DNA of 39,822 nt from Gammaproteobacteria bacterium RIFCSPHIGHO2_12_FULL_37_34 (GTDB lineage Bacteria > Pseudomonadota > Gammaproteobacteria > DSM-16500), in the NCBI GenBank assembly GCA_001801495.1, contig MGXW01000068.1:1-39822 (forward strand), read 5' to 3'. How positions within the stretch are numbered: the first letter of the stretch is position 1; each line of letters starts with the position of its first letter. Below are positions 1-9,841 of the stretch, piece by piece. The notes beneath the pieces were generated by a model. That model was not told where the DNA came from. It worked only from the letters and a program-made list of their open reading frames with translations, and ran no database searches. The position numbers and the translations under genes are program-made.

Positions 1-2811
1 TATATACTAGCAGGCATGACGGTTGCTGCGTTATGCAATATGAATAAAAAATTCGATGAAACAAATCAATCTACTGATCCTGATAACAGTGAATTACATA
101 AATTATATGAATTACAATGGCAACAAAAACAAACATTCTTTCGAAATTTTTTTAATCATAATCCTAAGCAACAGCTCGATTTAGAAATACATACAACTCA
201 TCCAGAGAGTGGTAGTAAAGGAATCAATTTGTTGGTCCTTCTGCTGAAAAATCAGGATGTCGAAACAATAAAGCAATTACTAGCTAACGATCCTAAAAAA
301 ATCATCCCTTTAACTTATCAAGTTATGGTACAACTTATCGGCTATCAATATGATGATATTTTACAAAATTTACTTGATCGCGACTCCACACTCATCCCTT
401 ATTTAAATCATCAAATAAGCATTATGCTCATTGGGCAGGGAAAATTTGATTTACTAAACAATTTATTAGATCGTAATTTATTATTATTAGATCGTCATCT
501 ATCAGGTGAACTTGATTTAACAAGTGCGATTAATGTAATAGACAAAATCGATCTCGATAAAAAAGAAAAGTTAAAACTCCATGCACAAGAAAAAATTTTT
601 ACGCTAAAAGCTATTTTAACTAATAATAAAAAAGACGATGTATTGGAAAAAATAGGAGAATACAATATAGCAGTCCAGCTGGCAAAAACTAAAGCCGAAG
701 AATCTTCCTCATCTTTAAAAACACCTAAGATATTAAACATTATTCCTCCTGTGATCGAGGCTCCACCTAAAATCACATGCGAGGAACAATTAAAGCAATT
801 ATTTGGCGAACCCTCTCCTACTAACCCTATTCAATTTACAATTGAACAATCAAAAAAACCAGAAGAAATAACACTTACTATTGAAGGAGCAGGACCTCTT
901 GTTACCGCTCTTCACGCTATAATAAAAAACACCAATTTCTCTCCCAAATTGACTATGATCAAAGGAGGAAAAGGCCGTATTACATTAATTGCTAAAAGAA
1001 AGGCACTTCAAGCAGAGTTCTTCGATAACAAGAAACGCAATCAGGACTTACAACGATGGAAACAAACTCCTTCTAATCAACTTTTAAAAAAATCAACTAC
1101 TAAAAATCAACCTCCTTCTCCTTTAGAAATAGGATCACCTATCAGCTCATCCTATCCTATAACCTTAAATGAAGCGGAGCAAATCTCTCTTATAAAATGC
1201 GTGCGAGCTGCTTTTTGCGATGCACAAGATATACAATTTGAGTGGGGCAAAGAAGAAGAGCAGGCTTACCTTCTGATTACTCTTCCTCAAACATCTCCAT
1301 GGATGATTCGAGAACCAAAAGGGGAACATACAGCATTTTACCCCTGTTCAATGGATGATAATTTGATTCAAAAACAAATGTTATCTCGATTAACTGCCGA
1401 TAATGCTGCAAAAAGTGAATATGATCCTAATACACACACCATTAAACTTATTCCAAAACAAAACATACATTCTCTTCTTGCGCTTGCATTACCACTTCAA
1501 TTACATGAGGATGTCTTTAATTACTTAAAAAGCAATAAATATCTACATATAACTGAATCCTCCGAACAAGAAGAAATTTCATCACATTTACTGCAACAAC
1601 CTAAGCAGGAAAGTTTCTCTGAACAGCAAGAGCAGCAAAACAGTGCATTACCCGATCTTGTTAAACAATTATTAAAACTTGTTTCACCAGAAACTTCTTG
1701 GAATTTTTTAAATGATCAAAACATTAACCTGTTGAAGTCTCGTAAAACAAATAAAGATCGTAAAAAAATACAAATCAATTATGATTATGCTGCTATACAA
1801 CGAATAGGCGTATGGGATTCATTAGATTTTTTTAATGCATTAAAAAAATCATTTGATGATGCAGGATGGTTAGAGTTCATGAACGTTTATTCTGATGAAT
1901 TATCTAAAACAGTAACAATTATTGTGGATACCACCAATACAACATTCATAACATGCGTAAATAATAGCAATGATTCCCAAAAAATACAGGAAGTGCAGGA
2001 AATATTTTCTAGATGGAAAGAAAAAAATCAACCTCAAGAAATCCCATATAAAAAATTACCATCCACACCCACAGATGATGCCGTGCTAAGAAGCGCCCAT
2101 CAGGAAAATAAAGAGGGAAATCAAGCCGAATATCAGTATTTTACTCTCAATCAATGTGAATTTGCCAATCTTCAACATCATTTTACAGAACTTACAAAAA
2201 TTACTCCCGGCAAGATTTCTGAATATAACTTTCCTCTTTATAGTATTTTTTTGCTGCATACCTTCTTGCTTTGCCGATTATTAGGCAATAAAAATATTAC
2301 TTTTTACGATTTTCGCAATTTTATTCGTCATGAACGCAACAAAACATACTGGTTAGAATTGCATAATATCGTGTCCGATATTATAAAATCTCTAGAAAAA
2401 GAAAATATAACAACCCTATCTTTTACTCCAACATTGTTTCAAAAAATAAACTTGCGGCTTCCAACCCAAGAAATAGAATTATTACAAATCAAATTGGCAT
2501 GTATTCGTTCAAATGGGTCTTCGATAGGTGATGAGAGTGAGCAAAAAAATAAACTCCTTCAATCTTACCAAGAAGAAGCCTGTAAGTTAACTAGCAATTC
2601 GACTTTAAATCAAGAACAAAAACGTGATGCTTTGTTAATGATGTATGCCTTAATTGGAGATATTCAAAAAGGTGACAACATTGAAAACGAAATCTATCAA
2701 CAATTGGGGCATATAAAGTTTTCGGAAAATTCTTATACAAACGTTGCTAATGATTTATATCAGCGCATCCCGCAACAAAATAACCATCCATCTTCTCAAA
2801 TGACGAGATAA
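1..2811 (+). CDS. Large hypothetical protein, probably 5'-partial; ankyrin-like 31-aa repeats near the N-terminus and a candidate HEPN-like C-terminal region; putative secreted effector
   Basis: ORF track gives 16..2811, but the frame is open to position 1 (TAT ATA CTA GCA GGC ATG). Three 31-aa helical repeats (LLKNQDVETIKQLLAND / LIGYQYDDILQNLLDRD / LIGQGKFDLLNNLLDRN), P/S/Q-rich linkers, and an RNFIRH motif at 2314-2331. Confidence 0.75.
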   Translation, partial: YILAGMTVAALCNMNKKFDETNQSTDPDNSELHKLYELQWQQKQTFFRNFFNHNPKQQLDLEIHTTHPESGSKGINLLVLLLKNQDVETIKQLLANDPKKIIPLTYQVMVQLIGYQYDDILQNLLDRDSTLIPYLNHQISIMLIGQGKFDLLNNLLDRNLLLLDRHLSGELDLTSAINVIDKIDLDKKEKLKLHAQEKIFTLKAILTNNKKDDVLEKIGEYNIAVQLAKTKAEESSSSLKTPKILNIIPPVIEAPPKITCEEQLKQLFGEPSPTNPIQFTIEQSKKPEEITLTIEGAGPLVTALHAIIKNTNFSPKLTMIKGGKGRITLIAKRKALQAEFFDNKKRNQDLQRWKQTPSNQLLKKSTTKNQPPSPLEIGSPISSSYPITLNEAEQISLIKCVRAAFCDAQDIQFEWGKEEEQAYLLITLPQTSPWMIREPKGEHTAFYPCSMDDNLIQKQMLSRLTADNAAKSEYDPNTHTIKLIPKQNIHSLLALALPLQLHEDVFNYLKSNKYLHITESSEQEEISSHLLQQPKQESFSEQQEQQNSALPDLVKQLLKLVSPETSWNFLNDQNINLLKSRKTNKDRKKIQINYDYAAIQRIGVWDSLDFFNALKKSFDDAGWLEFMNVYSDELSKTVTIIVDTTNTTFITCVNNSNDSQKIQEVQEIFSRWKEKNQPQEIPYKKLPSTPTDDAVLRSAHQENKEGNQAEYQYFTLNQCEFANLQHHFTELTKITPGKISEYNFPLYSIFLLHTFLLCRLLGNKNITFYDFRNFIRHERNKTYWLELHNIVSDIIKSLEKENITTLSFTPTLFQKINLRLPTQEIELLQIKLACIRSNGSSIGDESEQKNKLLQSYQEEACKLTSNSTLNQEQKRDALLMMYALIGDIQKGDNIENEIYQQLGHIKFSENSYTNVANDLYQRIPQQNNHPSSQMTR
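223..495 (+). repeat. Three degenerate intragenic 31-aa (about 93-bp) repeats, ankyrin-like
   Basis: LIGxxxxDxLxNLLDR recurs at 31-residue spacing. The DNA similarity AATTTACTTGATCG vs AATTTATTAGATCG is about 93 nt apart. Confidence 0.55.
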
Positions 2812-2815
2812 CCAT

Positions 2816-2968
2816 ATGCTGCCACGTTATATACTACCACGTTTTGCTCCATCTACTATTAGAGCAAAAGATGATTTGTCATTGTTAAAAAAAGAAAATT
2901 TCCCACCGCCTCAAGTAAGTCATCATTCGTATTTTAATAACAAAAGAAAAGAGGACCCCATTTGCTAA
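2816..2968 (+). CDS. Possible 50-aa small ORF, or frameshifted tail of the upstream large gene
   Basis: ATG at 2816 to TAA at 2968 reads MLPRYILPRFAPSTIRAKDDLSLLKKENFPPPQVSHHSYFNNKRKEDPIC and fills most of the intergenic gap; no clear RBS. Confidence 0.25.
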   Translation: MLPRYILPRFAPSTIRAKDDLSLLKKENFPPPQVSHHSYFNNKRKEDPIC

Positions 2969-2990
2969 AAATCAATGTGGTAAATAAGGC

Positions 2991-3737
2991 TTATTTCTGC
3001 TCCTTACTAAACATGGACATCAATTCGATAGGTACAGGAAACACAATAGTGGAAGTCTTATCACTTGCGATATTTGTCAACGTTTGTAAATAACGCAATT
3101 GTAAAGCTTGCGATTGTTGGGATAATACTTGCGCTGCTTCCAATAATTTTTTAGAGGCTTGCAACTCACCATCTGCATAAATCACTTTTGCACGACGTTC
3201 GCGTTCCGCTTCTGCTTGCTGCGCAATAGCACGCACCATGCTTTCATTGATGTCAATGCGTTTAATTTCAACCATGCTAATTTTTATTCCCCAAGCATCG
3301 GTATGTTCATCTAATATTTTTTGAATATCAGTATTTAATTTGGTTCGCTCGGCAAGCATATCATCTAACTCATGCTGCCCTAATACTGAACGTAAAGTCG
3401 TTTGCGCTAATTGACTCACCGCCGCACTATAATCTTCTACCTGGATAACAGCACGCTCTGGATTAATAACACGGAAATAAACCACAGCACTTACTTGTAC
3501 AGACACATTATCTCGAGAAATGACATCTTGTGGTGGAACATCCATAACAACTGTGCGTAATTGCACTCGCACAATTTGTTGGATACCTGGAATAATCACA
3601 ATCAACCCAGGCCCTTTTACTTTCCAAAAACGTCCGAGTGTAAAGACGACCGCGCGCTCATATTCACGTAAGACATGAAAAATATTAAATAAGATGAGTA
3701 AAAGAATAAGCGCAATAACAAGATAAGTAATATACAT
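2991..3737 (-). CDS. SPFH/band 7 stomatin-like (slipin family) membrane protein
   Basis: N-terminal TM helix; motifs [60 protein letters not shown]. Start moved to ATG 3737, which has an AGGAG RBS. Confidence 0.93.
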   Translation of the reverse strand: MYITYLVIALILLLILFNIFHVLREYERAVVFTLGRFWKVKGPGLIVIIPGIQQIVRVQLRTVVMDVPPQDVISRDNVSVQVSAVVYFRVINPERAVIQVEDYSAAVSQLAQTTLRSVLGQHELDDMLAERTKLNTDIQKILDEHTDAWGIKISMVEIKRIDINESMVRAIAQQAEAERERRAKVIYADGELQASKKLLEAAQVLSQQSQALQLRYLQTLTNIASDKTSTIVFPVPIELMSMFSKEQK

Positions 3738-3756
3738 AAAATATAGCTCCTGATTT

Positions 3757-4683
3757 CTACACCTTAAAGTCACGCAAAATTTTATCCGCTCCTTGCTGCA
3801 ACAATTCGTAAGCGACGCGTATTCCTATGGTTTCTGCTTGTGCGCTTATTCCCTGGCTCGCTGCACGAAGCACAAACACACCATCATGACTTGCGACTAG
3901 GCCACGTAAACTTAACACATCATGATGAATTTCCGCATAAGAAGCAACTGGCACTTGACATCCGCCACCCACATATCGACACATAGCTCGCTCGGCAATG
4001 ACACAAGCATAAGTAATAGTGTGATTAAGCGGTGCGATCATTTCTTTCATTTGTTCATCTTGCTCACGACACTCTATTCCCAAGGCTCCTTGCCCTGCAG
4101 CCGGAAGTATATGCTCCACTGAAAAATAATGGCGTATCCGTGAAGTTAAATTCATGCGTATGATGCCGGCACCCGCAAGTATAATTGCATCAAAATCACC
4201 CCGATCTAAGCGATGAATTCTGGTTTGAATGTTCCCGCGTAAATTCTGCAATTCAATATCTAAACACATTGCTCGTACTTGGGTTTGTCGACGTAAACTA
4301 GACGTACCTATTATCGCACCTCTTGGCAATTCCTTAAGCGAACTATATTGGTTAGATAAAAACACATCGCGAGCTTCTTGTCTTTCAGTGATAACCGGCA
4401 AACATAATCCTGGCGGTAACTCCATAGGAACATCTTTCATGGCGTGCACAGCGATATCTGCTTGTCCATTCAACAACGCTTCTTCTAATTCTTTAACAAA
4501 TAAGCCTTTACCACCAATAGTGGTTAGCGCACTATCTAAGTGTTTGTCTGCTGCAGTAGTCATCCCTAATAATTCAATCGACAGATAGGGATGATAGGCT
4601 AAAAGCGCTGCTTTAACCCATTCTGCTTGATAAAGAGCAAGCGGACTTTCGCGAGTAGCAATAATCAAACGTCGTTTTGTCAT
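3757..4683 (-). CDS. hemC: Porphobilinogen deaminase (hydroxymethylbilane synthase)
   Basis: [46 protein letters not shown] and the cofactor-binding GGCQVP motif. Confidence 0.97.
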   Translation of the reverse strand: MTKRRLIIATRESPLALYQAEWVKAALLAYHPYLSIELLGMTTAADKHLDSALTTIGGKGLFVKELEEALLNGQADIAVHAMKDVPMELPPGLCLPVITERQEARDVFLSNQYSSLKELPRGAIIGTSSLRRQTQVRAMCLDIELQNLRGNIQTRIHRLDRGDFDAIILAGAGIIRMNLTSRIRHYFSVEHILPAAGQGALGIECREQDEQMKEMIAPLNHTITYACVIAERAMCRYVGGGCQVPVASYAEIHHDVLSLRGLVASHDGVFVLRAASQGISAQAETIGIRVAYELLQQGADKILRDFKV

Positions 4684-4731
4684 AGAGGTTCTACCAGAAA
4701 ATACGTTATACTATAACTATTAAAATAATGG

Positions 4732-4995
4732 ATGGATACTATGCCTAAAGCCGATTTCTTAAAAAATATAGCCGATCAATTATGTGAAGCGATTCCTTCA
4801 AACCTTGGCACACTTAAAAAAGATTTTGAAAAAAGCTGCCAACGCATTCTAAATAGCGCATTTTCTAAACTAGAGCTTGTTACTCGAGAAGAATTTGACG
4901 CAGAAAGCAAGGTGCTATTGCGTACACGTAAAAAATTAGAAGAATTAGAAAAAAAACTTCACGCATTAGAAACTAAATTAAAATCACGTCAATGA
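4732..4995 (+). CDS. ubiK: Ubiquinone biosynthesis accessory factor UbiK (YqiC/BMFP family)
   Basis: 87 aa with the signature KLELVTREEFD...VLLRTRKKLEELE coiled coil. Confidence 0.88.
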   Translation: MDTMPKADFLKNIADQLCEAIPSNLGTLKKDFEKSCQRILNSAFSKLELVTREEFDAESKVLLRTRKKLEELEKKLHALETKLKSRQ

Positions 4996-5615
4996 ATGAT
5001 CAATTAACACCTTTTTCTCATGACGATTATGATATTATAAAACGCGAGGTACTTTATAAAGGTATTTTTAGCCTTGCACGTTATCACATTCGTCATCACC
5101 TCTTTAACGGCGCCTGGAGTAACGTTTATACTAGAGAAATTCTAGAGCGCCAATCGGCTGCTGCTGTATTACCATATGACCCCGTACTTGATCATGTTAT
5201 TCTAATTGAACAATTTCGTGCTGGTGCGATTGCTAATCCACAAAGTCCTTGGTTAATAGAAGTCGTTGCTGGAGTATATAATAATGAAAAAGTGGAAGAT
5301 GTTGCTAAACGCGAAGCAAATGAAGAAGCGGGTTGTAACATTCTAGATCTTTACCCTATTTGTGATTATTTCGTTAGCCCAGGTGGTAGTAATGAATATT
5401 TAAACTTGTATTGCGGCAAAGTGGATGCTAGTGAAGCAGGAGGGACGCACGGATTACCAGAAGAAAACGAAGATATTCGCGCTTTTTCGTTACCTCTTGA
5501 TGAAGCACTTACCCTGTTACAAGAAGGTAAAATTAAAACTGCGCCAGTCATTATTTCTTTATTATGGTTACAAATTAACCGAGAATGGTTGAAACAATTA
5601 TGGTCGACAAAATAA
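4992..5615 (+). CDS. nudF: ADP-ribose pyrophosphatase (Nudix)
   Basis: AAAVLPYDP, LIEQFR, Nudix box G...AKREANEEAG, SPGGSNE, GLPEENEDI; typical position upstream of parE. Confidence 0.92.
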   Translation: MNDQLTPFSHDDYDIIKREVLYKGIFSLARYHIRHHLFNGAWSNVYTREILERQSAAAVLPYDPVLDHVILIEQFRAGAIANPQSPWLIEVVAGVYNNEKVEDVAKREANEEAGCNILDLYPICDYFVSPGGSNEYLNLYCGKVDASEAGGTHGLPEENEDIRAFSLPLDEALTLLQEGKIKTAPVIISLLWLQINREWLKQLWSTK

Positions 5616-7513
5616 ATTCCAGAACATCTGCTTACACTACTGAAGCGATCGAAGTATTAAGCGGTCTTGAACCTGTACGTCGTCGCCCTGGTATGTATAC
5701 CGATACCACTTGCCCTAATCATTTGGCACACGAAGTAATTGATAATAGCGTAGATGAAGCCTTAGAAGGCCATGCAAAACGCTTGGATGTTATTTTACAT
5801 AAAGATCATTCCTTAGACGTGACCGATGATGGCCGCGGCATGCCTGTTGATATTCATTCTGAAGAAAAAGTATCAGGCGTTGAACTCATTCTCACTCGCT
5901 TACATAGCGGCGCAAAATTTTCGAATAAACAATATCGATTTTCTGGTGGATTACACGGTGTCGGTATTTCAGTTGTAAATGCTTTATCAAAAAAATTAGA
6001 AGTGGTCATTAAACGTAATGGCCATATTTATTCAATGAAATTTGCAAATGGTGATAAAACAACAAAATTAGAAACCATAGGTCAAACAAATAAAGGCGAA
6101 TCAGGAACCAAAATACATTTTTGGCCAAACGAAAAATATTTTGATTCAGCGCGATTTGCAGTGAGCAAATTAAAACATACCTTGCGCGCAAAAGCCGTGC
6201 TGTGTCCAAGGTTACATGTCACATTCACTGATAAAAACACCAATGAAACGCAAGAGTGGTATTACGAAAATGGCATGTCCAATTATTTAGAAGAAGCACT
6301 AGAGAAAGCGGAACATATTCCTGAAGAACCTTTCTTGGGTTCTTTCGCAAGTGAACACGAAGCCATTGATTGGGCAGTTACTTGGGTCGTTGATGGCGAA
6401 AATATAGTCAGCGAAAGCTATGTGAATCTCATTCCTACGCCTCTTGGCGGCACGCATGTTTCTGGTTTTCGTGTGGGTTTATCTGAAGCCTTGCGTGAAT
6501 TTTGTGAATTTCGTAATTTGCTTCCACGCGGTATCAAATTAAGTCCTGATGATGTTTGGGATCAATGCGCTCATATTATTTCGGTAAAATTACATAATCC
6601 ACAATTTTCTGGACAAACAAAAGAGCGTCTTTCTTCACGAGAATGCTCTACATTTGTTTCAGGAGTGGTAAAAGATGCATTTAGTTTATGGCTAAATCAA
6701 CACGTTGCCTTAGGTGAAACCATCGCCAATCTTGCTATCAGTAATGCGCAAAAGCGCTTGAAAGCAGCACAAACGGTTGCCCGTAAAAAAATAACTGCAG
6801 GTCCTGCATTACCTGGTAAATTAATTGATTGTTCACAACAAGATGTTAAACGGAGTGAATTGTTTTTAGTGGAAGGAGATTCAGCCGGAGGTTCCGCACG
6901 ACAAGCACGCAACCGAGAATTTCAAGCAGTCATGCCATTACGTGGTAAAATTTTGAATACTTGGGAAGTGGATTCAAACGAAGTATTATCCTCACAAGAA
7001 ATTCATGATATTTCTGTGGCCATCGGCGTCGATCCAGGGTCAAGTCAACTGGATGATTTACGTTATGGTAAGGTTTGCATTTTAGCAGACGCTGACTCTG
7101 ACGGTAATCACATTGCCACCTTACTGTGCGCCTTATTTGTTAAACATTTTCGACCACTCGTTGAAACTGGGCATATTTATATTGCTATGCCACCACTCTT
7201 TCGTATTGATCATGGCAAAGAAGTGTATTACGCACTTGATGAAGCTGAAAAACAGGGCATATTAGATCGCATCACTGCTGAATATAAAGAAAAGAAACCC
7301 AAAATTGGCGTGATTCGCTTCAAAGGCTTAGGTGAGATGAATCCTATGCAACTTCGTGAAACCACCATGGATCCTAATACACGTCGTCTCATGCAATTAA
7401 CGATTAAAGCAAAAGATAACACAGATGAAATGTTAGATATGTTACTTGCTAAAAAACGTGCGCATGATCGCAAAACATGGTTAGAAGAAAAAGGAAATTT
7501 GGCAGAAACATAG
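5600..7513 (+). CDS. parE: DNA topoisomerase IV subunit B
   Basis: IEVLSGLEPVRRRPGMY, EVIDNSVDEAL, GGLHGVGISVVNALS, LFLVEGDSAGGSA, PLRGKILN, DADSDG, RFKGLGEM. Start is 5600 or 5585. Confidence 0.97.
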   Translation: MVDKINSRTSAYTTEAIEVLSGLEPVRRRPGMYTDTTCPNHLAHEVIDNSVDEALEGHAKRLDVILHKDHSLDVTDDGRGMPVDIHSEEKVSGVELILTRLHSGAKFSNKQYRFSGGLHGVGISVVNALSKKLEVVIKRNGHIYSMKFANGDKTTKLETIGQTNKGESGTKIHFWPNEKYFDSARFAVSKLKHTLRAKAVLCPRLHVTFTDKNTNETQEWYYENGMSNYLEEALEKAEHIPEEPFLGSFASEHEAIDWAVTWVVDGENIVSESYVNLIPTPLGGTHVSGFRVGLSEALREFCEFRNLLPRGIKLSPDDVWDQCAHIISVKLHNPQFSGQTKERLSSRECSTFVSGVVKDAFSLWLNQHVALGETIANLAISNAQKRLKAAQTVARKKITAGPALPGKLIDCSQQDVKRSELFLVEGDSAGGSARQARNREFQAVMPLRGKILNTWEVDSNEVLSSQEIHDISVAIGVDPGSSQLDDLRYGKVCILADADSDGNHIATLLCALFVKHFRPLVETGHIYIAMPPLFRIDHGKEVYYALDEAEKQGILDRITAEYKEKKPKIGVIRFKGLGEMNPMQLRETTMDPNTRRLMQLTIKAKDNTDEMLDMLLAKKRAHDRKTWLEEKGNLAET

Positions 7514-7517
7514 TAAC

Positions 7518-7604
7518 GTGAATATTGTCTAAGCTAAGAGTAAGCTATTGATTTTTTTATTGATAAAAAATCAATAGCTTACTCTTAGCTTAGACAATAT
7601 TCAC
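7518..7604. repeat. Perfect 40-bp inverted repeat with a 7-nt spacer
   Basis: 7518-7557 GTGAATATTGTCTAAGCTAAGAGTAAGCTATTGATTTTTT is the exact reverse complement of 7565-7604; the spacer is TATTGAT. Confidence 0.97.
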
Positions 7605-7621
7605 ATTATAGTAGATAAACA

Positions 7622-9121
7622 ATGAATTTTTTACTCGCCATTGATCAAGGCACCACAAATAGCCGTGCGATTATTTTCGATCGACTAGGCAATAGGATGG
7701 CTTCTCATGAAATGCCTCTTACTTCATTTTTTCCTCAAGATGGCTGGATAGAACAAAACCCAGAAGAAATGTTTAATAACACAGTTAGTTGTTGTCGTGA
7801 AGCTTTAAAGAAAGCGAATATAACAGCTGCCAATATTGCAGCAGTTGGTCTATCCAATCAACGTGAAACAACTATTTTATGGGAAAAATATACAGGTAAA
7901 CCAATTTATCCCGCTATCGTTTGGCAAGACAGGCGTACTCATCTCCTTTGTCAGCAATTAAAACAAACTTCATTTGCGCAACTTTTATCACAAAAAACTG
8001 GTTTATTGCTTGATCCTTATTTTTCTGCCACGAAAATTGTTTGGTTATTAGATCATATTGCTGAAACACGTGAACGCGCTGAAAAAGGCGAATTATTATT
8101 TGGCACCGTGGATACTTATTTGTTATGGAAGTTAACAGATGGCCAATCACACGCAACGGATGCGAGCAATGCATCACGCACTTTATTATTTAACATTCAT
8201 ACTCAAGAATGGGATAAAGAAATTCTAACTTATTTTAATATTCCCGCTAATCTATTACCTATCGTTTTAGATAATGCTGCTCATTTTGGTAAGTTAGATG
8301 AAAACATATTAGGTCACTCCATTCCTATTTGTGGCATGGCTGGCGATCAACAGGCTGCTACTATTGGCCAAGCTTGCTTTCAACCCGGTATGGTTAAAGC
8401 AACCTACGGAACCGGCGGGTTCATGCTATTTAATACAGGAACACAAGTGGTCCGTTCACAAAACTGTTTACTCTCAACTGTAGCTTATCGTTTAAATAAT
8501 CATGTGACCTATGGGTTAGAAGGTAGTATTTTTTGCGCTGGTAGCACAGTGAAATGGTTAAGAGATAAATTGCAACTCATTCACTCTGCGGCAGAAACCG
8601 AAACCTTAGCACAGCACATTCATTCGAATGAAGGCGTGTATTTGGTTCCTGCGTTTACCGGATTAGGTGCGCCTTATTGGAACGCAGAAGCACGTGGTGC
8701 TTTATTTGGTTTAACTCGTAATTCTGGAAAAGAACATATTGCTCGCGCTGCATTAGAAAGTGTGGCTTATCAAACCAGAGATTTATTAAATGCTATGTTA
8801 GCAGATAGCCACCAATTGATTGCGGCTTTGCGTGTGGATGGTGGCATGGTTGCTAATCATTGGTTACTGCAATTTTTATCTGACATGTTAAACGTAGAAA
8901 TCCAACAACCTGTTTGTATAGAAACGAGTGCCCTTGGTGTTGCTTTTTTAGCTGGATTACAAATTGGTATGTATGCATCTCTCGAAGAACTAGCAACATT
9001 ATGGCAAAAACAATTACAATTTAACCCACACATGCCAAAGCTACAGCGAGACACATTATACGCTGCCTGGCAACGCGCAGTAAAAAGTGTGATGGATTAT
9101 TCGAGAATGATTACAACCTAA
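7622..9121 (+). CDS. glpK: Glycerol kinase
   Basis: LAIDQGTTNSRA, NQRETT, AIVWQDRRT, DPYFSATK, TDASNASRTLLFN, GDQQAA, YLVPAFTGLGAPYW, LRVDGG. Confidence 0.97.
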   Translation: MNFLLAIDQGTTNSRAIIFDRLGNRMASHEMPLTSFFPQDGWIEQNPEEMFNNTVSCCREALKKANITAANIAAVGLSNQRETTILWEKYTGKPIYPAIVWQDRRTHLLCQQLKQTSFAQLLSQKTGLLLDPYFSATKIVWLLDHIAETRERAEKGELLFGTVDTYLLWKLTDGQSHATDASNASRTLLFNIHTQEWDKEILTYFNIPANLLPIVLDNAAHFGKLDENILGHSIPICGMAGDQQAATIGQACFQPGMVKATYGTGGFMLFNTGTQVVRSQNCLLSTVAYRLNNHVTYGLEGSIFCAGSTVKWLRDKLQLIHSAAETETLAQHIHSNEGVYLVPAFTGLGAPYWNAEARGALFGLTRNSGKEHIARAALESVAYQTRDLLNAMLADSHQLIAALRVDGGMVANHWLLQFLSDMLNVEIQQPVCIETSALGVAFLAGLQIGMYASLEELATLWQKQLQFNPHMPKLQRDTLYAAWQRAVKSVMDYSRMITT

Positions 9122-9815
9122 ACATAGCCGGGGCAACTGTCACTCGTTCATCAAACACAAAACACTCGCCTTGATAATGTGCATCACCCATTTTAGAAAA
9201 ATAATTTAAAATGCCACCTTCTAATTGATATACTTCTGAAAAACCTTGATCGAGCATAAAGAGAGCTGCTTTTTCACAGCGTATGCCACCTGTACAAAAC
9301 GTCACAACAGGTTGATGATGTTGCAATGATTGAATTGCAGATGGAAACTCACTGAAATGCTGTAAGTTTAAATGCACTGCTCCTTGAAACGTTCCAAAAT
9401 TAATTTCAAATGCATTACGCGTATCTAATAACATGACATCACGCTTTTCATCCAACCATTCTTTTAATGTTTCAGGTGCCAAGCTTGGTGCTCGAGCTAA
9501 TTCAGGATGAATAGCTGGACGGTGCATAGTAATAATTTCTTTTTTGATTTTAATTTTTAAACGTTTAAATGAAATGGTATGAGAGTAATTCTCGCGAAAA
9601 GAAAGATCAGCAAATCGCGTATCTTGTTGAAGAAAAAATTTAAACTGATTTATATTTTCAACAAGGCCAGATAAATTAAGGTTCATACCTTCTTTGCTTA
9701 ATAGGATTGTACCTGTGAGCGCAAACAATTGGCATTGTTTAAAAAGCTCCTCTCGCAGCATCTCGAGTTTTGTTAATGTGATAAATTTGTAAGCTGCTAT
9801 ATGAAGTATTTTCAT
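9111..9815 (-). CDS. trhO: Rhodanese-domain UPF0176 protein, TrhO/YceA-like (tRNA U34 hydroxylase family), short form
   Basis: YKF, GTILLSKEGMN, LKIKIKKEII, LDTRNAFE, FCTGGIRCEKA, VYQLEGGILNY, CFVFDER. Confidence 0.8.
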   Translation of the reverse strand: MKILHIAAYKFITLTKLEMLREELFKQCQLFALTGTILLSKEGMNLNLSGLVENINQFKFFLQQDTRFADLSFRENYSHTISFKRLKIKIKKEIITMHRPAIHPELARAPSLAPETLKEWLDEKRDVMLLDTRNAFEINFGTFQGAVHLNLQHFSEFPSAIQSLQHHQPVVTFCTGGIRCEKAALFMLDQGFSEVYQLEGGILNYFSKMGDAHYQGECFVFDERVTVAPAMFRL

Positions 9816-9841
9816 GGTTGTATACCTAAAAAAAGGTGCCT

